A stretch of DNA of 64,000 nt from an uncultured delta proteobacterium (GCA_963704165.1 CAVPHD010000004.1:160001-224000), one strand, 5' to 3'; counted from the first letter of the stretch, positions 19,953 to 30,680 are shown. The notes: generated by a model not told the origin, from the sequence alone. Numbers and translations are program-made.

Positions 19953-21353
19953 TGGATTCCGCTGCCTCCGGACAGCGCCTTCACGATGTCGCCGATCGCC
20001 ACCTTCGCGTCGCCGAAGAGCATCATCGTGTTGTCGGCGGTGTAGAGCTCGTTGTCGATGCCGGCGAAACCCGGGTTCATCGAGCGCTTGATCGCGATCA
20101 CGCTGCGGGCCTTGTCGACGTCGAGGATCGGCATGCCGTAGATCGGGCTCGTCTTGTCGTGCCGCGCGGCCGGGTTGACGACGTCGTTGGCGCCGACGAC
20201 GAGCACGACGTCGGTCTGCGCGAAGTCGGGGTTGATGTCGTCCATCTCGGCGAGCTCGTCGTAGGGGATCTCGGCCTCGGCGAGCAGCACGTTCATGTGG
20301 CCGGGCATGCGGCCCGCGACCGGGTGGATCGCGAACTTCACGGAGATCCCGCGCTTGGTCAGCTGGTCGCGGAGCTCGCGCACGCGGTGCTGCGCCTGCG
20401 CGACCGCCATGCCGTAGCCCGGCACGATCACGACCTGGTTCGAGGCTTCGAGAAGGTCCGCCGCGTCCTGCGCGCTGCCGCTCTTCACCGCCTTCTGCTC
20501 GCCCGCGGCGGCGATCGTCGCCACCTGGCCGAACGCACCGAACAGCACGTTGGTGAACGACCGGTTCATCGCCCTGCACATGATCATCGAGAGGATGAAG
20601 CCCGACGATCCGTCGAGCGCGCCCGCGATGATCAGCAGGTTGTTCTCGAGCACGAAGCCCATCGCCACGGCGGCGAGGCCGGCGTACGAGTTCAGCAGCG
20701 AGATCACGGTCGGCATGTCCGCGCCGCCGATCGGGATGATCAGGAGCACGCCGAACAGGAGCGACAGCCCGATGATCAGCGGGAAGAGCTGCCACTGCGT
20801 CGGGTCGACCACCAGCCACACACCGGCCGCGATGGCGATCGCGAGCAACGCCAGGTTGATCAAGTTCTGGTTGCGATAGGTGATCGGCCGGGTCGGGATC
20901 ACCTCCTGGAGCTTGCCCGCCGCCATCAGGCTCCCGGTCAGGGTGACGAAGCCGAGGATCACCTCGATCGAGATCGCGACCATCCGGAACGTGGTGAGCT
21001 CGCCCGACTCGAGCCAGAGGCTGTACTTGGCCGTGCCGACGAGCCCGGCGGCGAGGCCGCCGAACGCGTGCGAGAGCGCGGTCCGCTGCGGCACGGCCGT
21101 CAGCGCGACGCGCGAGAGCGGGACGCCGATGATGGTTCCGATCACCACCGCGACCGCGATCCACTCGAAGTGGTGCACGATGCGGGTGCAGGAGCGTGCC
21201 GAGCACCGCGAGCGACATGCCGAGCACGCCCGCGAGTACGCCGCGCCGGGCGGTCTCGGGGCGCGCGAGCCAGCGCAGCGAGAAGATGAAGAGGCCCGAC
21301 GCCACCAGGTAGCTGCCCTGCATCAGATCCCAGACGTACGCTTCGGGGATCAC
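19949..21353 (-). CDS. pntB: NAD(P) transhydrogenase beta subunit (one apparent frameshift near 21180)
   Basis: Motifs GGADMPTVISLLNSYAG, AMNRS, VPGYGMAVAQAQ, HPVAGRMPGHMNVLLAEA and GANDVVNP. The N-terminal LARPETARRG segment is in another frame. Confidence 0.95.
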
Positions 21354-21646
21354 TTCGAGGGCTCCCGCTTCTTGAACATCTGCAGCATGCGGTCGGTGAT
21401 CAGGAAGCCGGAGACGATGTTGGCGACCGATGCGGCCACCGCGACGGTGCCGAGCACGGTCGCGAAGGTCGTCTTCTGCTCGCCCGCGATGATCATCGAG
21501 CCGACCACCGCGATCGCCGAGATCGCGTTGGTGAGCGACATCAGCGGCGTGTGGAGCAGCCGCGAGACGTTCCGGATCACGTCGAAGCCGATGAACGTCG
21601 CCAGCATGAAGACGAATGCCATCGTCCAGAAATCGACTTGCTGCAC
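21350..21646 (-). CDS. pntAB: NAD(P) transhydrogenase alpha subunit, membrane part (split alpha-2)
   Basis: LHTPLMSLTNAIS...NIVSGFLITDRMLQMF. AGGAGG precedes the GTG at 21646. Confidence 0.92.
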   Translation of the reverse strand: MQQVDFWTMAFVFMLATFIGFDVIRNVSRLLHTPLMSLTNAISAIAVVGSMIIAGEQKTTFATVLGTVAVAASVANIVSGFLITDRMLQMFKKREPSK

Positions 21647-21692
21647 CTGCCGGGCCTCCTCGTCTTGGTCCTCGGGCGGGAATCCAGTAGCG

Positions 21693-22688
21693 CTATCCGT
21701 CCCCGAAAACGAACTTCGAAACGATCGCACAAACCCCGCCGATCAGTCCCGCCGCGGGGAGGGTCAGGATCCAGGCGATGAAGATGTCCCGGGTCAGCCC
21801 CCAGCGGACCGCCGATATCTTCTGCGTCGCGCCAACGCCCATGATCGAGGTCGAGATCACGTGGGTCGTCGAGACGGGGAAGCCGAAGTGTGCCGTGCCC
21901 ATCAGCACCGCCGAAGCCGCCGTCTCGGCTGCGAATCCGTGCACGGGGGTGAGCTTGACGAGCCGCATGCCGAGCGTGCGGATGATGCGTTTCCCGCCCG
22001 AGTAGGTCCCCAACCCGATCACGACGGCGGACGAGAGCTTCACCCAGAGCGGCACGTCCGCAGTCGGGATCGCGCCCCCGGCGAAGAGCGCCAGCGTGAT
22101 CACGCCCATGGTCTTCTGCGCGTCGTTCGAGCCGTGACTGAAGGCCATGAACGAGGCCGAGACGAGCTGGGCGACGCGAAAGCGGCGCGCGAGCACGCCG
22201 GGGTGCATGTGTCCGAAGACCCAGAGCAGGATCACCATCAGGACGATGCCGACCGAGAAGCCGATCACCGGCGCGAGCACGGTCGGGATCAGCACCTTGT
22301 CGACGATTCCGCCCCACTTCACGTACTCCGAGCCGCTGGTCGCGATCACGGCGCCCGCCACGCCACCGACCAGGCAGTGGGACGAGCTCGACGGCAGCGC
22401 CCACCACCACGTCAAGAGGTTCCAGGCGATTGCGCCGACGAGGCCGCCGAGCATCACCGGGCCCGTCACCGCGCTCGATTCGACGATGCCCTTGGCGAGC
22501 GTCGCGGCGACGTTGGTCGAAACCAGCGCGCCGACCACGTTCAGCACCGCGGCGCCGAAGAGGGCGACGTTGGGAGGCAGCGCTCGCGTCGAGATCGACG
22601 TCGCGACGGCGTTCGCGGCGTCGTGGAAGCCGTTCGTGAAGTCGAAGACGAGCGCGATCACGACGACCGCGACGAGGATCCACTCCAT
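21693..22688 (-). CDS. pit: Inorganic phosphate transporter (PiT family)
   Basis: Motifs NGFHDAANAVATSI, PSSSSH, HGSNDAQKTMG and PVSTTH. Confidence 0.95.
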   Translation of the reverse strand: MEWILVAVVVIALVFDFTNGFHDAANAVATSISTRALPPNVALFGAAVLNVVGALVSTNVAATLAKGIVESSAVTGPVMLGGLVGAIAWNLLTWWWALPSSSSHCLVGGVAGAVIATSGSEYVKWGGIVDKVLIPTVLAPVIGFSVGIVLMVILLWVFGHMHPGVLARRFRVAQLVSASFMAFSHGSNDAQKTMGVITLALFAGGAIPTADVPLWVKLSSAVVIGLGTYSGGKRIIRTLGMRLVKLTPVHGFAAETAASAVLMGTAHFGFPVSTTHVISTSIMGVGATQKISAVRWGLTRDIFIAWILTLPAAGLIGGVCAIVSKFVFGDG

Positions 22689-23314
22689 CAGCTGTTCTCT
22701 AGAACCACGCCTTCGACGACGTTCGCGACATCCTCGCAGCGGTCGATCGCGCCCTCGACGTCCTCGTAGATCTCTTTCCACTTGATCAGCGCGCGCGCGT
22801 CGAGCTCTTCCTTGAAGAGCCGCGCCGTCGCCCGGCGCAGGACGCGATCGTTCTCCTTCTCGACCGTCTTCACGCTGACGCAGAGCGCGCGCATCTTCTC
22901 GGGCGCCACTCCGCCGGCGAGTCCGTCCACGGCGGTCTTCATCGCTTCGGTCGCGCGCACCACGTTCTCGGACATCTCGAGCATTTCGGGCGTGGGGTGC
23001 TGGATCTCGTACAGCCAGATGCGCTGCGCCGTCGCCTCGATGTGATCCATGATGTCGTCGATCCGGCTCGAGAGCTGATGGATGTCCGAGCGGTCGATCG
23101 GCGTGATGAACGAGGAGTGCAGCATCTCCATCGTCTCCTGGCAGATGCTGTCGGCCTGGTGCTCGACCGCGTGGATGCGTCGATAGCCGGCCTCCGCCTG
23201 GCTCGGGTCGCGAAGCAGATCGCGGAGCAACCCGGCTCCCTCGACGCAGAGCGCAGCGTGCTTCGAGAACAGTCCGAAGAACTCCGTCTTCTTGGGCAGA
23301 ATCCTGGAGAGCAT
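22688..23314 (-). CDS. DUF47/PhoU-like phosphate transport regulator
   Basis: EHQADSI...FITPIDRSDI...DDIMD...WKEIYE..E.AIDRCEDVANVVEGV. Coupled to pit by a TGATG overlap. Confidence 0.92.
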   Translation of the reverse strand: MLSRILPKKTEFFGLFSKHAALCVEGAGLLRDLLRDPSQAEAGYRRIHAVEHQADSICQETMEMLHSSFITPIDRSDIHQLSSRIDDIMDHIEATAQRIWLYEIQHPTPEMLEMSENVVRATEAMKTAVDGLAGGVAPEKMRALCVSVKTVEKENDRVLRRATARLFKEELDARALIKWKEIYEDVEGAIDRCEDVANVVEGVVLENS

Positions 23315-23531
23315 CGATCCCCCGATCGTGGCTGGCGCAAGCGGTGTACCACAACTCGGTGATCCGCGTGGGTTTCGCGCGGGCTCGACGCCCGGAGGCG
23401 GATTCCTCGACGCGACACGGGTCGGGCAGCTCACTTTCCGCAACGAAAGGGCTGGTCTGGACTACGCAGTCCGGTGTAAGATCGCCAGAGCCGGGCGGTG
23501 CGCGCGGCGCCGCTCGGACGGAAGGGCGGCC

Positions 23532-26528
23532 ATGTGCGTGCGTGTCGCACGGTCTGCAGCAATCGGCCTCATCCTCGCGGTCGTGACCGCATCCGCTCCG
23601 GCCTTCGCGCAGATCGCTCCGCGTGTTCTCTCGCCTTTCGTCGACACCGACTACGTCTTCGGGCTCCAGGTCGCCCTGACCGCCCACGACCAGAACGGCC
23701 TCTGCGCGGCGGCAGCGGAGGACTACGAGTGGTTCTTCCGCGAGCAGGGCGATCCGTGGCCGGCATCGGGCTATTTCTTCGACGACCCCGACCGGCTCCT
23801 CGCGAATCGGGTCATTCCATTCGGCTGCGATCTGGCACCCGTCCCGGGCGACGCCTGTCTGGTCGACGGAAAGAAGCGCTACGAGGTCAAGGTGCGCATG
23901 TGCGGTGTCGACTCGCCGACCATCGCGTTTGCGATCGTGTACGCGCCGCTTCCGGCCGACCCGCCGCATCCGAGCTTCCCACCCGACGACGGCGAGCCGC
24001 TTCCGGATCCGCCCAACGACGGCAACTACTGCTTCGTGGACTGGGGGCCCGTCGACACCAACGGCGTGCAGGATCACGCGGCGACCGAGCACTTCAACGT
24101 GTTCTGGCCTGCGACCTATTCGCTCTGTGACCCCTCGATCACCCTGAATCCTCCGCAGCCGGTCTTGCCGCCACCGACGGCCGCACGGCTGGGCCTGATG
24201 GAGTGCATCTACGCGGTGCTCGACGCGGACATGGTGTCTCCGCTCTCCCCAGCGTCGATCTATCGGAATGCGCCCGCCTATGCGGGGATCACCAAGCTCC
24301 CGCTGATCACGGGGAAGGCCGTCACGGGCGGTGGGGGCGGGGACGGCGAGATCCAGGGCATGTCGCACGGCCCCGGCGCGAACGCCCCGTCGACCGACCG
24401 GGTCGCGATCCACGAGCTCTTCCATGTCTTCGACTACGCCGGCAATCCGCTTCACTACCGCAATCGCGACTACCGCTACGAGGCGAACCCTTTTCACTTC
24501 TACCACGAGGCGACCGCGGTGGTGGAGCAGGCGATGAGCTCCTCGGCGCCAAATCCCTGGGGGTACCGCTGGGACCGCTGGCCGGCGTGGATTCCGCTCG
24601 ACCTCGGTCTGACCGAGCTCGACTACGACGCCGCGCCGTTCTGGGCGTACGTGCTCGGGCGTTACGGCTTCACACCGCGCCGCAGCCTGCGCGGCCCCGC
24701 GATCGATGCGTGCGCGGCGTACGCGCAGAGCGATTCGCTCGGAAACGAGCTCGAGCCTCACCGCTACAAGTTCTTCGAGGAGTGGAACGCGATCACACGT
24801 GCCGACGTCAGCATCGTCGAGCCCGTGCTTCGCAACTACGTGTCTGGACAGTGCCCGGTCGAGTCGCACTACGGCCCGCTCTGGAGCGGCGCCGAAGCGG
24901 ACTCGCCTCTCAACAACGGCGCGCTCTATACCGGGATGGTGGATCCGGTCTGCATGCAGACGCTCGAATACGACCTCTCGGTGGTGGAGGATCTGGCCCG
25001 CGCGAACGCCGGGGCGTGGGCCGGGACGGAGCTCGCGGAGTCGATCCAGCTCGACTTCGCCGTCGACTTCGCCAAGCGCTTTTCACCGCTCAGTCTCCTC
25101 ACCGGAATCCCCGACGGCATCGTCTGTGCGCTTGCGGGCTTGCAACGCTCCTCGGGATTCGACGCGACACCATCGGGGTGTCTCAAAGGTGGCTCCGAGG
25201 ACGGGTCGTTTCCGGGGATTCGTGCCGATGCTCCGATCTGCGCGGGCGTGAATCCGCACGACTTCTGGGCTCGGATCGAGTTTCGCGTCACGACCGCGTC
25301 GCCGCGGTGGATGCGCGTGCTTGCGAACGACGATGCGACGGTCTTCGTCGACGGCACAGCCGTGATCGACGGGGCCGATCCGTTCGGGCGCGCCAACTAC
25401 GCGGGCTTCCCACCCGCGTCCGCGACCTACGCCGACCAGCGCTACCAATGGCCCGAGAACCACGCGCCGCGCACGAGCCTGTTCCGGGTCGGCGATGCTC
25501 GCAGCCATCGCTACGAAGTCGAGTGGGTGAATCGGGGGGATGGGCGCGGCAACGCGGACTACGACTGTGACTCGCAGCGTAGCCGCTACCTGCTCCAGCT
25601 CGAAGGTTACGACACGACGCCGGCCGCCCTCGCGCCCGTTCCCGCGGCCAACATCCAGATCGTTCGCGCGGAATTCTGGGGCGGACAGGGCAGCGGCTAT
25701 CCGCCCGGCGGCCCGGCCGGGGCGACGATCCCACCCGACTACAAGAACCTGGCGGCTCCGCTCGCGCGCGAGATCCAGCTCCGTCCGGTCGGTGGCGGCG
25801 GCTCGCGTCCGTTCCTTCTGCCACCGCTGGCCGCGCACTACCATCCGGTCGCTTGCCCGACCGGCTACTCGGGCGGCTTCGAGGTCTCGGTCCGAGACGA
25901 CTTCCTCACCGAGACGCGCCCGTCCGTCCACCTGCTCGCGCTGAAGGCGCCGGACACGGTCGAGTGGCGCGGAGCCGTGCCCGTCCGTGACGCCGACGAG
26001 CGAAGCGTGACGCTCACCTGCGATGGCGCGAGCGAGGTCGCGAGGGACGGGGGAGATCCGGCATTCCTCGCCGTGAGCACGGCACGGACGCTGCACGGGC
26101 CCGCCGATTCGTTCGGCACGCTCGGCGCAGTTCACTACACCGTGTTGGCGGGCAACCCGGGCGCGGACACGGACGGCGACGGCGTCGCGGACTACCGCGA
26201 CAACTGCCCGTACCAGTCCAACCCGAGCCAGGCCGATGGCGGGCGGCTCGGATCCCTCCTGCCGGATTGGGTCGGAACCTCCTGCCAGTGTGGCGACGTG
26301 ACCAACGACGGTGCGGTGCTTCCCGACGACGTGACCGCTTTGCGCAACTGGCTCGCGCGGGCCACGCCTTCGCTCCCGGCCGGGCAGAAGTGCAACGTGA
26401 TCGGCCCCGCGGGAACGAGCCCTACACAGGACTGCGACGTCCGCGACATGGCCGTTCTCCTGCGGAGCATGACACCGGACCAGCTCGCTCCCGGGCCGTC
26501 GCCCGTCTGCGGGCCGGCCCTGCCCTGA
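23532..26528 (+). CDS. Large secreted protein with an HEXXH metallopeptidase-like motif, a PA14-like region and a C-terminal thrombospondin type-3/dockerin-like Ca-binding module
   Basis: Signal peptide ending APAFA. HELFH with a downstream E (FYHEATA). ANDDATVFVDG. DTDGDGVADYRDNCP and CGDVTNDG. Confidence 0.6.
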   Translation: MCVRVARSAAIGLILAVVTASAPAFAQIAPRVLSPFVDTDYVFGLQVALTAHDQNGLCAAAAEDYEWFFREQGDPWPASGYFFDDPDRLLANRVIPFGCDLAPVPGDACLVDGKKRYEVKVRMCGVDSPTIAFAIVYAPLPADPPHPSFPPDDGEPLPDPPNDGNYCFVDWGPVDTNGVQDHAATEHFNVFWPATYSLCDPSITLNPPQPVLPPPTAARLGLMECIYAVLDADMVSPLSPASIYRNAPAYAGITKLPLITGKAVTGGGGGDGEIQGMSHGPGANAPSTDRVAIHELFHVFDYAGNPLHYRNRDYRYEANPFHFYHEATAVVEQAMSSSAPNPWGYRWDRWPAWIPLDLGLTELDYDAAPFWAYVLGRYGFTPRRSLRGPAIDACAAYAQSDSLGNELEPHRYKFFEEWNAITRADVSIVEPVLRNYVSGQCPVESHYGPLWSGAEADSPLNNGALYTGMVDPVCMQTLEYDLSVVEDLARANAGAWAGTELAESIQLDFAVDFAKRFSPLSLLTGIPDGIVCALAGLQRSSGFDATPSGCLKGGSEDGSFPGIRADAPICAGVNPHDFWARIEFRVTTASPRWMRVLANDDATVFVDGTAVIDGADPFGRANYAGFPPASATYADQRYQWPENHAPRTSLFRVGDARSHRYEVEWVNRGDGRGNADYDCDSQRSRYLLQLEGYDTTPAALAPVPAANIQIVRAEFWGGQGSGYPPGGPAGATIPPDYKNLAAPLAREIQLRPVGGGGSRPFLLPPLAAHYHPVACPTGYSGGFEVSVRDDFLTETRPSVHLLALKAPDTVEWRGAVPVRDADERSVTLTCDGASEVARDGGDPAFLAVSTARTLHGPADSFGTLGAVHYTVLAGNPGADTDGDGVADYRDNCPYQSNPSQADGGRLGSLLPDWVGTSCQCGDVTNDGAVLPDDVTALRNWLARATPSLPAGQKCNVIGPAGTSPTQDCDVRDMAVLLRSMTPDQLAPGPSPVCGPALP

Positions 26529-26545
26529 GGGATCGTGCGGATTCC

Positions 26546-27172
26546 TCAGGTCGAACTGCGGTCCCACCTCCGGTACACCTCGCGCAGGTTCAGGGCGAGC
26601 ACGACGAAGAGCCCGAGCGCGAAGATCCCGATCCAGAACGAGCCGCCGCCGGGAAAGCTCGTCGCGGTGAAGTTCGCGATCTGCTTGGTGCCCAGGATCG
26701 GCGGGGTGAACGGATCCATCTTGAACGGCGCCGTCGGGTCGAGGTTGTGCCCGAAGAAGTAGAGCTTGTAGTAGAAGCGGGCCATCGAGAACGCGGAGAA
26801 GTATCCGAACAGAACGATCAGGTCGATCAGCGAGCGCAGATCGCCGACGGCGGCGACCCGGAGTGCGAGCAGGGCGAGCGCTCCGATCGCGAAGGGAATC
26901 CAGTCGAGGTCGGACAGCGCCCCGCGATCGATGCTCGCCATGCCGATGTAGTGGTTCAGCTTGTTCACCTCGGAAACGTCACCACTGACGGTGTAGGCGA
27001 AGATGTCGAGGCCCAATCCCCCGGGGTACTGCGGCGCGTTCATCTGCAGGTGCCAGAGCGGTGCCGAGAACCCGAGCAACAGCGGCACGATGAGCGCCAG
27101 AAGAGCCCAACGGGTTCCGAGGACCAGTCCACCTCCGAGGCTGCGGTCGAATTGCTCGCGTGTGGTCAACAC
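26546..27172 (-). CDS. nosB: NosB-like membrane protein of clade II nos clusters
   Basis: PLWHLQMNAPQYPGGL...EVNKLNHYIGM...GHNLDPTAP...FTPPILG.KQIANF. Last gene of the nos operon. Confidence 0.75.
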   Translation of the reverse strand: MLTTREQFDRSLGGGLVLGTRWALLALIVPLLLGFSAPLWHLQMNAPQYPGGLGLDIFAYTVSGDVSEVNKLNHYIGMASIDRGALSDLDWIPFAIGALALLALRVAAVGDLRSLIDLIVLFGYFSAFSMARFYYKLYFFGHNLDPTAPFKMDPFTPPILGTKQIANFTATSFPGGGSFWIGIFALGLFVVLALNLREVYRRWDRSST

Positions 27173-27202
27173 TGTGGACTCCTATCCGTATCGCGGTTGT
27201 GA

Positions 27203-28042
27203 CTAGACGAGATCGAATCGCCGAAATGCGCGAAGCGCAAGGGCGAAAGCTGCGGCACCGAGCACGAGCGGCCAGACGACGCCGAGCGCGAACAGGCCGT
27301 TGGCCCCGAGGCTCTGGATCAAATAGAAGCCGACTGGTCCCAAGGTCTCGAGATCGACGCCGCCGGCCGAGAGCAGTCCGAGGCGGGCGTCCTGGACCGG
27401 ATTCAGCACCGCCAGGAGCAGGACCGCGCGCGGCTGGAGTTGCCAGCGTAGCATCGCGCCGATCAGCGCGAAGTCGACCAGAGCGACGCCCGCGAGCCAA
27501 CACAGGATCACGTAGGCGTTCGCACGCGCGGGGCTGCGCACGCGCACCGAGATCAACAGCCCGAGCGACGTGAACGCGAAGAGCAGTGCCGCGCAGAGTG
27601 CGGACGCGCGCGCCGCGATCCCCGCGGCGGCGCCGGCGCCGCTCCACGCGATGCCGACGAGGCCGAGGATCGCGAAGATCCCGACGAGCGGAACGACCAG
27701 GGCTCCGAAGCGGACCGCGAGGAGCGCGGCGAGGTATCGCTCGCGACGGATCGGCTGGCTCATCAGGAGCTCGAGCGTGCCCTCGTCGCGCGCACGATTC
27801 ACCACCTGGCCGGTCGCCACGAGCGCGACCAGCGGGAGCAACAATACCAGCATGTGACAGAACGAGAAGACCGCACGGCCCATCCCGGTGAAGCCGACGA
27901 CGCCAGACTCGCGAAGGCCCGCCGCGACGAACGCCCCGGCGAGTCCGGCGTAGAGCAGAAGGCAGATCGCGAGCCAGCGCGAGCGCACCACCTCGGCGAG
28001 ATCGAGTCTCGCGACGGCCGTGAAGTCGACGCTCGGCTTCAC
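27203..28042 (-). CDS. nosY: NosY ABC transporter permease
   Basis: Multi-TM protein with LLPLVAL..T, GTLELLMSQPI.R and LNPVQ..R. nos operon context. Confidence 0.85.
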   Translation of the reverse strand: MKPSVDFTAVARLDLAEVVRSRWLAICLLLYAGLAGAFVAAGLRESGVVGFTGMGRAVFSFCHMLVLLLPLVALVATGQVVNRARDEGTLELLMSQPIRRERYLAALLAVRFGALVVPLVGIFAILGLVGIAWSGAGAAAGIAARASALCAALLFAFTSLGLLISVRVRSPARANAYVILCWLAGVALVDFALIGAMLRWQLQPRAVLLLAVLNPVQDARLGLLSAGGVDLETLGPVGFYLIQSLGANGLFALGVVWPLVLGAAAFALALRAFRRFDLV

Positions 28043-28509
28043 GGCAAGGCTCCCGGTCGCGACGCTTCGATGCGCTGCACCTCGGCGAGCGCCTGCGCGC
28101 GCGAGATCGTTTCGCGCTCGTTCGCGTCCACGGCCCCGAGGCCGTAGCCCATCGGTGTCGCATCGGCGCGCACGAAGCCGGCACTCGAGGCGGGAATCCA
28201 GCGCTCCTCGTACAGGTGATGGAAGAACGCGGAGGCTTCCTCGTCCGGGTGCTCGGCCGCGTACAGAAGCAGACAGCCCGCGTCGTCGAAGAACCGCAGC
28301 ATTCCCGTTGGCGTGTGCAGCTGCGCCGCGAACGCGCGCTCGCCGATGAGCATCCCGCATCGCGCACAGGGAGTGCGGCTCCAGGTCGGATCGACGGGCC
28401 CGTCGGGAGGTCTCTGTGCCCAGCGCAGAGCGAGCACGAGAGCGGCGAGCGCGGCGCCCGCGACGAGCCACGCGCGAAGCCGGCTTCTCGTGCGAGACTC
28501 AGGGCTCAT
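28039..28509 (-). CDS. nosL: NosL copper chaperone
   Basis: CARCGMLI...FAAQ...FDDAGC...TPMGYGL. Confidence 0.9.
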   Translation of the reverse strand: MSPESRTRSRLRAWLVAGAALAALVLALRWAQRPPDGPVDPTWSRTPCARCGMLIGERAFAAQLHTPTGMLRFFDDAGCLLLYAAEHPDEEASAFFHHLYEERWIPASSAGFVRADATPMGYGLGAVDANERETISRAQALAEVQRIEASRPGALP

Positions 28510-29404
28510 CACGTGTCTCTGCGCCAGAGGCGAGTCGAGTAGCGAGATCGAGCGAGTCGAGCTCACGCACCGAGAAGTCCCGCAACGCGCCATCGAGCGC
28601 GTTCACGAGCTCCGGCAGGAGCGCGTGCTTCTCGCGTGCCGACACCGCGCGAACCCAGAATCTTCCACTCCCACGTCGGAACCCGTGCCCGTCTAGCCAG
28701 CGAGATACCGCCTCGCCCTCGGCACGGACTTCGATCAGGCTCGTCATCGATGCATCGAGGACTGCCGAAGCGGGGCCGTCGTAGACGAGCCGGCCCTCGT
28801 CGAGCATGAGCACGTGGTTCACGAGGTGGCGCACCTCTTCGAGCCGATGCGAACACAGAATCACGGTGGAATCGGCCGCGAGCTCGTCGAAAAGCGGGAA
28901 GAACGCTTCGCGGGTGCGCGCGTCGAGCGAGCCGGTCGGCTCGTCGAGCAGCAGGAGCGAGGCGTCGGCCGCGAGCGCGAGCGCGATCGTCAGCTTCTGC
29001 TTCATGCCGCCCGAAAGGCTGCGAAACGGTCGTGACGCGACCTCTCCGATGTCGAGACCGAGGCGACCGGCGATCTCCGTCACGCGCGCCGGTTCCATAC
29101 CGCGAACGGAAGCCAGCGCGCGCACGAGTTCCCCCGTCGGCGCTGCGAGAGCCGGTGCGATCTGCGGCACGTACGCCATGCGTCGCGCGATCTCGACCCG
29201 ATCGTCTCGCGCGGAGAACCCGTCGATCCGAACGTCTCCATCGAAGGAGAGCAGACCCATGACGACGCGATTCAGCGTCGACTTCCCGGATCCGTTCGGG
29301 CCCACGAGCGCGGTTCGCTGACCCGAAGGCAGGCAGAAGCCGACGTCGCGGAGCGCGAAGAGGCTGCCGAACGACTTCGAGAGGCCCGCGACCTCAACCC
29401 GCAT
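28499..29404 (-). CDS. nosF: NosF ABC transporter ATPase
   Basis: Walker A GPNGSGKS, signature LSGGMKQK, Walker B LLLDEP. Lies between nosD and nosL. Confidence 0.9.
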   Translation of the reverse strand: MRVEVAGLSKSFGSLFALRDVGFCLPSGQRTALVGPNGSGKSTLNRVVMGLLSFDGDVRIDGFSARDDRVEIARRMAYVPQIAPALAAPTGELVRALASVRGMEPARVTEIAGRLGLDIGEVASRPFRSLSGGMKQKLTIALALAADASLLLLDEPTGSLDARTREAFFPLFDELAADSTVILCSHRLEEVRHLVNHVLMLDEGRLVYDGPASAVLDASMTSLIEVRAEGEAVSRWLDGHGFRRGSGRFWVRAVSAREKHALLPELVNALDGALRDFSVRELDSLDLATRLASGAETRDEP

Positions 29405-30665
29405 GTGCCGCCCCCGCGGGTCTCGCGCGCACGTTCGGCTCCGGATCGATCAGGATCGTCGTCGGCTGGAAGAGCGGCACGATGCGCCCGACGATCTCGA
29501 CCAACCACATCGCGGGGGAGCCGCGGAAGAGCCCGAGTTGCGGATTCTGGGTCGTGAGATCGCCGGAGAGCGAGCGGAGCTCGTAGGGAAGGTCGCCGAC
29601 GCCGTCCCCGTCGAGGTCGTATCCGGCGTAGTCACCCCAGCCGTTGCCGCGGAACTCCGCGTCGCGCGCGTCGCCGCCGCCCGCGATTCTGACCTGGACG
29701 TCGTTGTCGGCGAAGCGGTTGTGAGTGAATCGGTTGCGCTCGGCGATTCCCTGGAACGAGAGCCCGACGTCACAGCCGCTGACCTCGTTCTCCGTGAAGT
29801 CGTTCCACTCGTCGGGCTGAAGCGGGCTGTTGTCGAGGTGAATGCAGACGCTGTTGTCGATGATCGCGTTCTCGTGGACCACCAGATCACTCGACTCCTT
29901 CGCGCCCAGGCCCATCCCCGCGGCCCCGGTCGCACGCGCCAGCAGGTTCCGCTCGATCCGCAGGTGGCGGCTGTACATCGCGAAGATCCCCACCACGTTT
30001 CCGATCATGCGGTTGTCGGTGGCGATGTTCTCGTGGCTGTACATGAAGTGGACACCATAGCGGCCCCGCTCGACCACGTTGCCGACCACTCGGTTCCTGG
30101 GGGAGTACCAGACGACCAGGTCGCGGGCATCCCGCGTGTGGTTTCCCTCGACGAGGGAGTCGCGCACTTCCCACAGGCGAATCGCGTCTCCGCGCATGCC
30201 GAGCGCCTTGGCCGGGTCGCCATCGACCACGTTGCCGCGAATCACGAGCCGATTGGCTTGGTTCGCGAGGATGCCGAAGAGCGCGCCGCTCACCGCCACG
30301 TTCTCGACCCGGACCTCGTCTGCCGCGATGCGGACGGCCGCGTCGAGCTGGTCGAAGCGCCCCCCGCTGCCATCGATCGACAGGCCGACGAGCGCGGCGC
30401 CCTCGGCTTCGAGTGAGATCGTCGAACCGACCCCGTTCGCGCGTACCACCGCGTCGCGCGGTCCCGAGATCGTCACGCGCCGCGAGATCGTCAGCGGACC
30501 GGGGTGCGTCCCCGGAGCGAGGCAGAAGCTGTCTCCGTCCGAAGCCGAATCGAGCAGCGCCTGCAGGTCCGCACCGGCTCGCACGTCACGGCACGAACTC
30601 GGATTCGCGGAGCCGAGAGATGCGAGGGCGAGAAGGCACGCTCCGATGCCGGGTGCGACCTTCAC
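29394..30665 (-). CDS. nosD: NosD copper-site maturation protein
   Basis: RGDAIRLW...RYGVHFMYS...GIFAMYS...GNGWGDYAGYDLDGDGVGDLPY beta-helix. Confidence 0.93.
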   Translation of the reverse strand: MKVAPGIGACLLALASLGSANPSSCRDVRAGADLQALLDSASDGDSFCLAPGTHPGPLTISRRVTISGPRDAVVRANGVGSTISLEAEGAALVGLSIDGSGGRFDQLDAAVRIAADEVRVENVAVSGALFGILANQANRLVIRGNVVDGDPAKALGMRGDAIRLWEVRDSLVEGNHTRDARDLVVWYSPRNRVVGNVVERGRYGVHFMYSHENIATDNRMIGNVVGIFAMYSRHLRIERNLLARATGAAGMGLGAKESSDLVVHENAIIDNSVCIHLDNSPLQPDEWNDFTENEVSGCDVGLSFQGIAERNRFTHNRFADNDVQVRIAGGGDARDAEFRGNGWGDYAGYDLDGDGVGDLPYELRSLSGDLTTQNPQLGLFRGSPAMWLVEIVGRIVPLFQPTTILIDPEPNVRARPAGAAHAG

Positions 30666-30680
30666 GCCCTCGCGCCTGAC

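Noticed and set aside
16995..24869. 1452-aa and 1058-aa minus-strand ORFs that look like giant fusions
   Set aside because: They are the pntB N-terminus running into shadow sequence after an indel, and pit with a spurious upstream extension.
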